A stretch of 63,996 nucleotides of DNA, counting the filler, from Porpidia crustulata (taxonomy: Eukaryota): the NCBI GenBank assembly GCA_964255105.1. It is 16 parts of 16 records of this genome, joined end to end, with 100 filler letters (N's around TTAATTAATTAA, not from the genome) between each part and the next. Parts side by side here need not be neighbours in the genome. Positions count along the whole stretch, not along the records: positions 60,526 to 63,996 come from CAXUWE010002303.1; 15 more parts are not named here. One strand, 5' to 3'. Under the pieces are notes generated by a model that saw nothing but the letters and a program-made list of their open reading frames with translations, did no database searches and was not told the DNA's origin. Shown piece by piece: positions 62,909 through 63,996 of the stretch (positions are counted from its first letter, which is position 1; each line of letters starts with the position of its first letter). The translations under genes were made by a program, and so were the position numbers.

Positions 62909-63996
62909 ATGGCTAGTACAATGACAGACACTGCTTCAATTGACGTAGCAGAAGGGTTACTGTCTTCTTCCCGTCTACTTGGCTCTTCATTTGAGTCATT
63001 GTCCTCACCACGGCAAACAAGCTCTTTGATATCAAAGACCTACAAACAAGCTTCAAATTTTTACCTTACTCGCCGACTTGTGGAAGCTCTCTCTACCATT
63101 GAGCCTATTGTTACAGGTCCAAAGGTTCCAGATGAAGATAATATCGAAGATGAACCGCCCGCACAAGCACCGGTTGCCAGTGCAAGCCACGGCTCACGAA
63201 TCAAAGTCTGGAGCTTCTATCTTACCCTTGTCAATGCTATCATTGAGCTGGGTTCCGAGGAAGGCAAAGCGATCTTTGGAAACAAAGAATGGAAATCTCT
63301 GTCTGCGAAAGTACAGGACGGCTCAATATGGGAGGAAGTAGTGCAGACTGGATATAGTGGTATTGAGGGAAACGTTGACTCAGAAGTGGTTGTTAGCTTG
63401 TAAGAACGGTGATACCACTTAGAGCATAATCAATCGCTGATATAGGCCGGTCCTCAGAGCAACGCTTCTTCTGTCACAATCTCCTTCACAAAATACTAAC
63501 CAGCAACGCCTCGAATCCTATCTTTCGACATCAAAGCAACCAAACCTGGATCTTTCGGTACATACCAAGTCTTCAGATCACAGTAACGGACATAGTGACG
63601 GTCATGTCTCGCATGACCACAGCACAAGCAACCCACGCAGCCTAGCCGCTCGAGTCAAAATTCTCGAGCTGTTCACTCTACATGTCCTGCCCCGCAACGA
63701 AGAATGGACATACGCTAGGGATTTCATCACTATGAGCGAGGTCCTAAATGAGGAAATCCGAGACGAATTCCTGCAAACACTACAAGCTCTCGAAGATGAG
63801 AAGTCAAGAACTGCCGAATACGACCCGAACGAAGCGGGCCGACAAGAATGGGAACTACGGCATCAGCGAGAGCGAGATGAAAAAAGGAAAATTGACGAAG
63901 CGCAAGCGGCCGAAAAGTATATCCGAAGCCAGCAGCAGAACTCCAACCACCGGAGAATTGATAGCGAAAAAGACTACGGCATCGACTCCTCCCACC
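62909..63996 (+). CDS. PEX26: Peroxin Pex26-like protein, spliced, truncated at window end
   Basis: SKTYKQASNFYLTRRLVEALS, RIKVWSFYLTL, intron about 63400-63458, ATLLLSQS..NQQRLESYL, LELFTLHVLPRNEEW. Confidence 0.8.

Overview
This window is not one locus. It is a concatenation of 16 short contigs (about 3.9-4.0 kb, ordered by decreasing length) from a filamentous ascomycete (Pezizomycotina; short spliceosomal introns). The contigs are joined by artificial 100-bp spacers (N44-TTAATTAATTAA-N44), so adjacency across spacers means nothing. Most genes are conserved housekeeping genes, many truncated at contig ends: BZZ1, DBP5, eIF3h, gtaA, SEC66, NPL4, RRD1, TDP1, MED16, HVA22/Yop1-like, TANGO2/NRDE, MAPEG, NDK1, glucosidase II alpha, LEU2, APC10, PARN-like and PEX26. 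The most interesting non-genic signal is a small TA-flanked MITE family found on three different contigs (16987-17093, 39391-39523, 42712-42844). It has pogo/Fot1-style TIRs and a core built from telomeric TTAGGG repeats, and in the two 133-bp copies the core is flipped relative to the asymmetric end. Other highlights are a pseudokinase / ferric reductase / minimal MADS-box module resembling giant-transposon (Starship) accessory content, a shared LTR-like terminus at two contig ends, a kinase with a RIP-like stop, an AA11-like LPMO lacking the axial Tyr, a membrane-anchored T5orf172 nuclease-like protein and a candidate NuSAP-like protein. All calls come from reading the sequence; no database searches were run.
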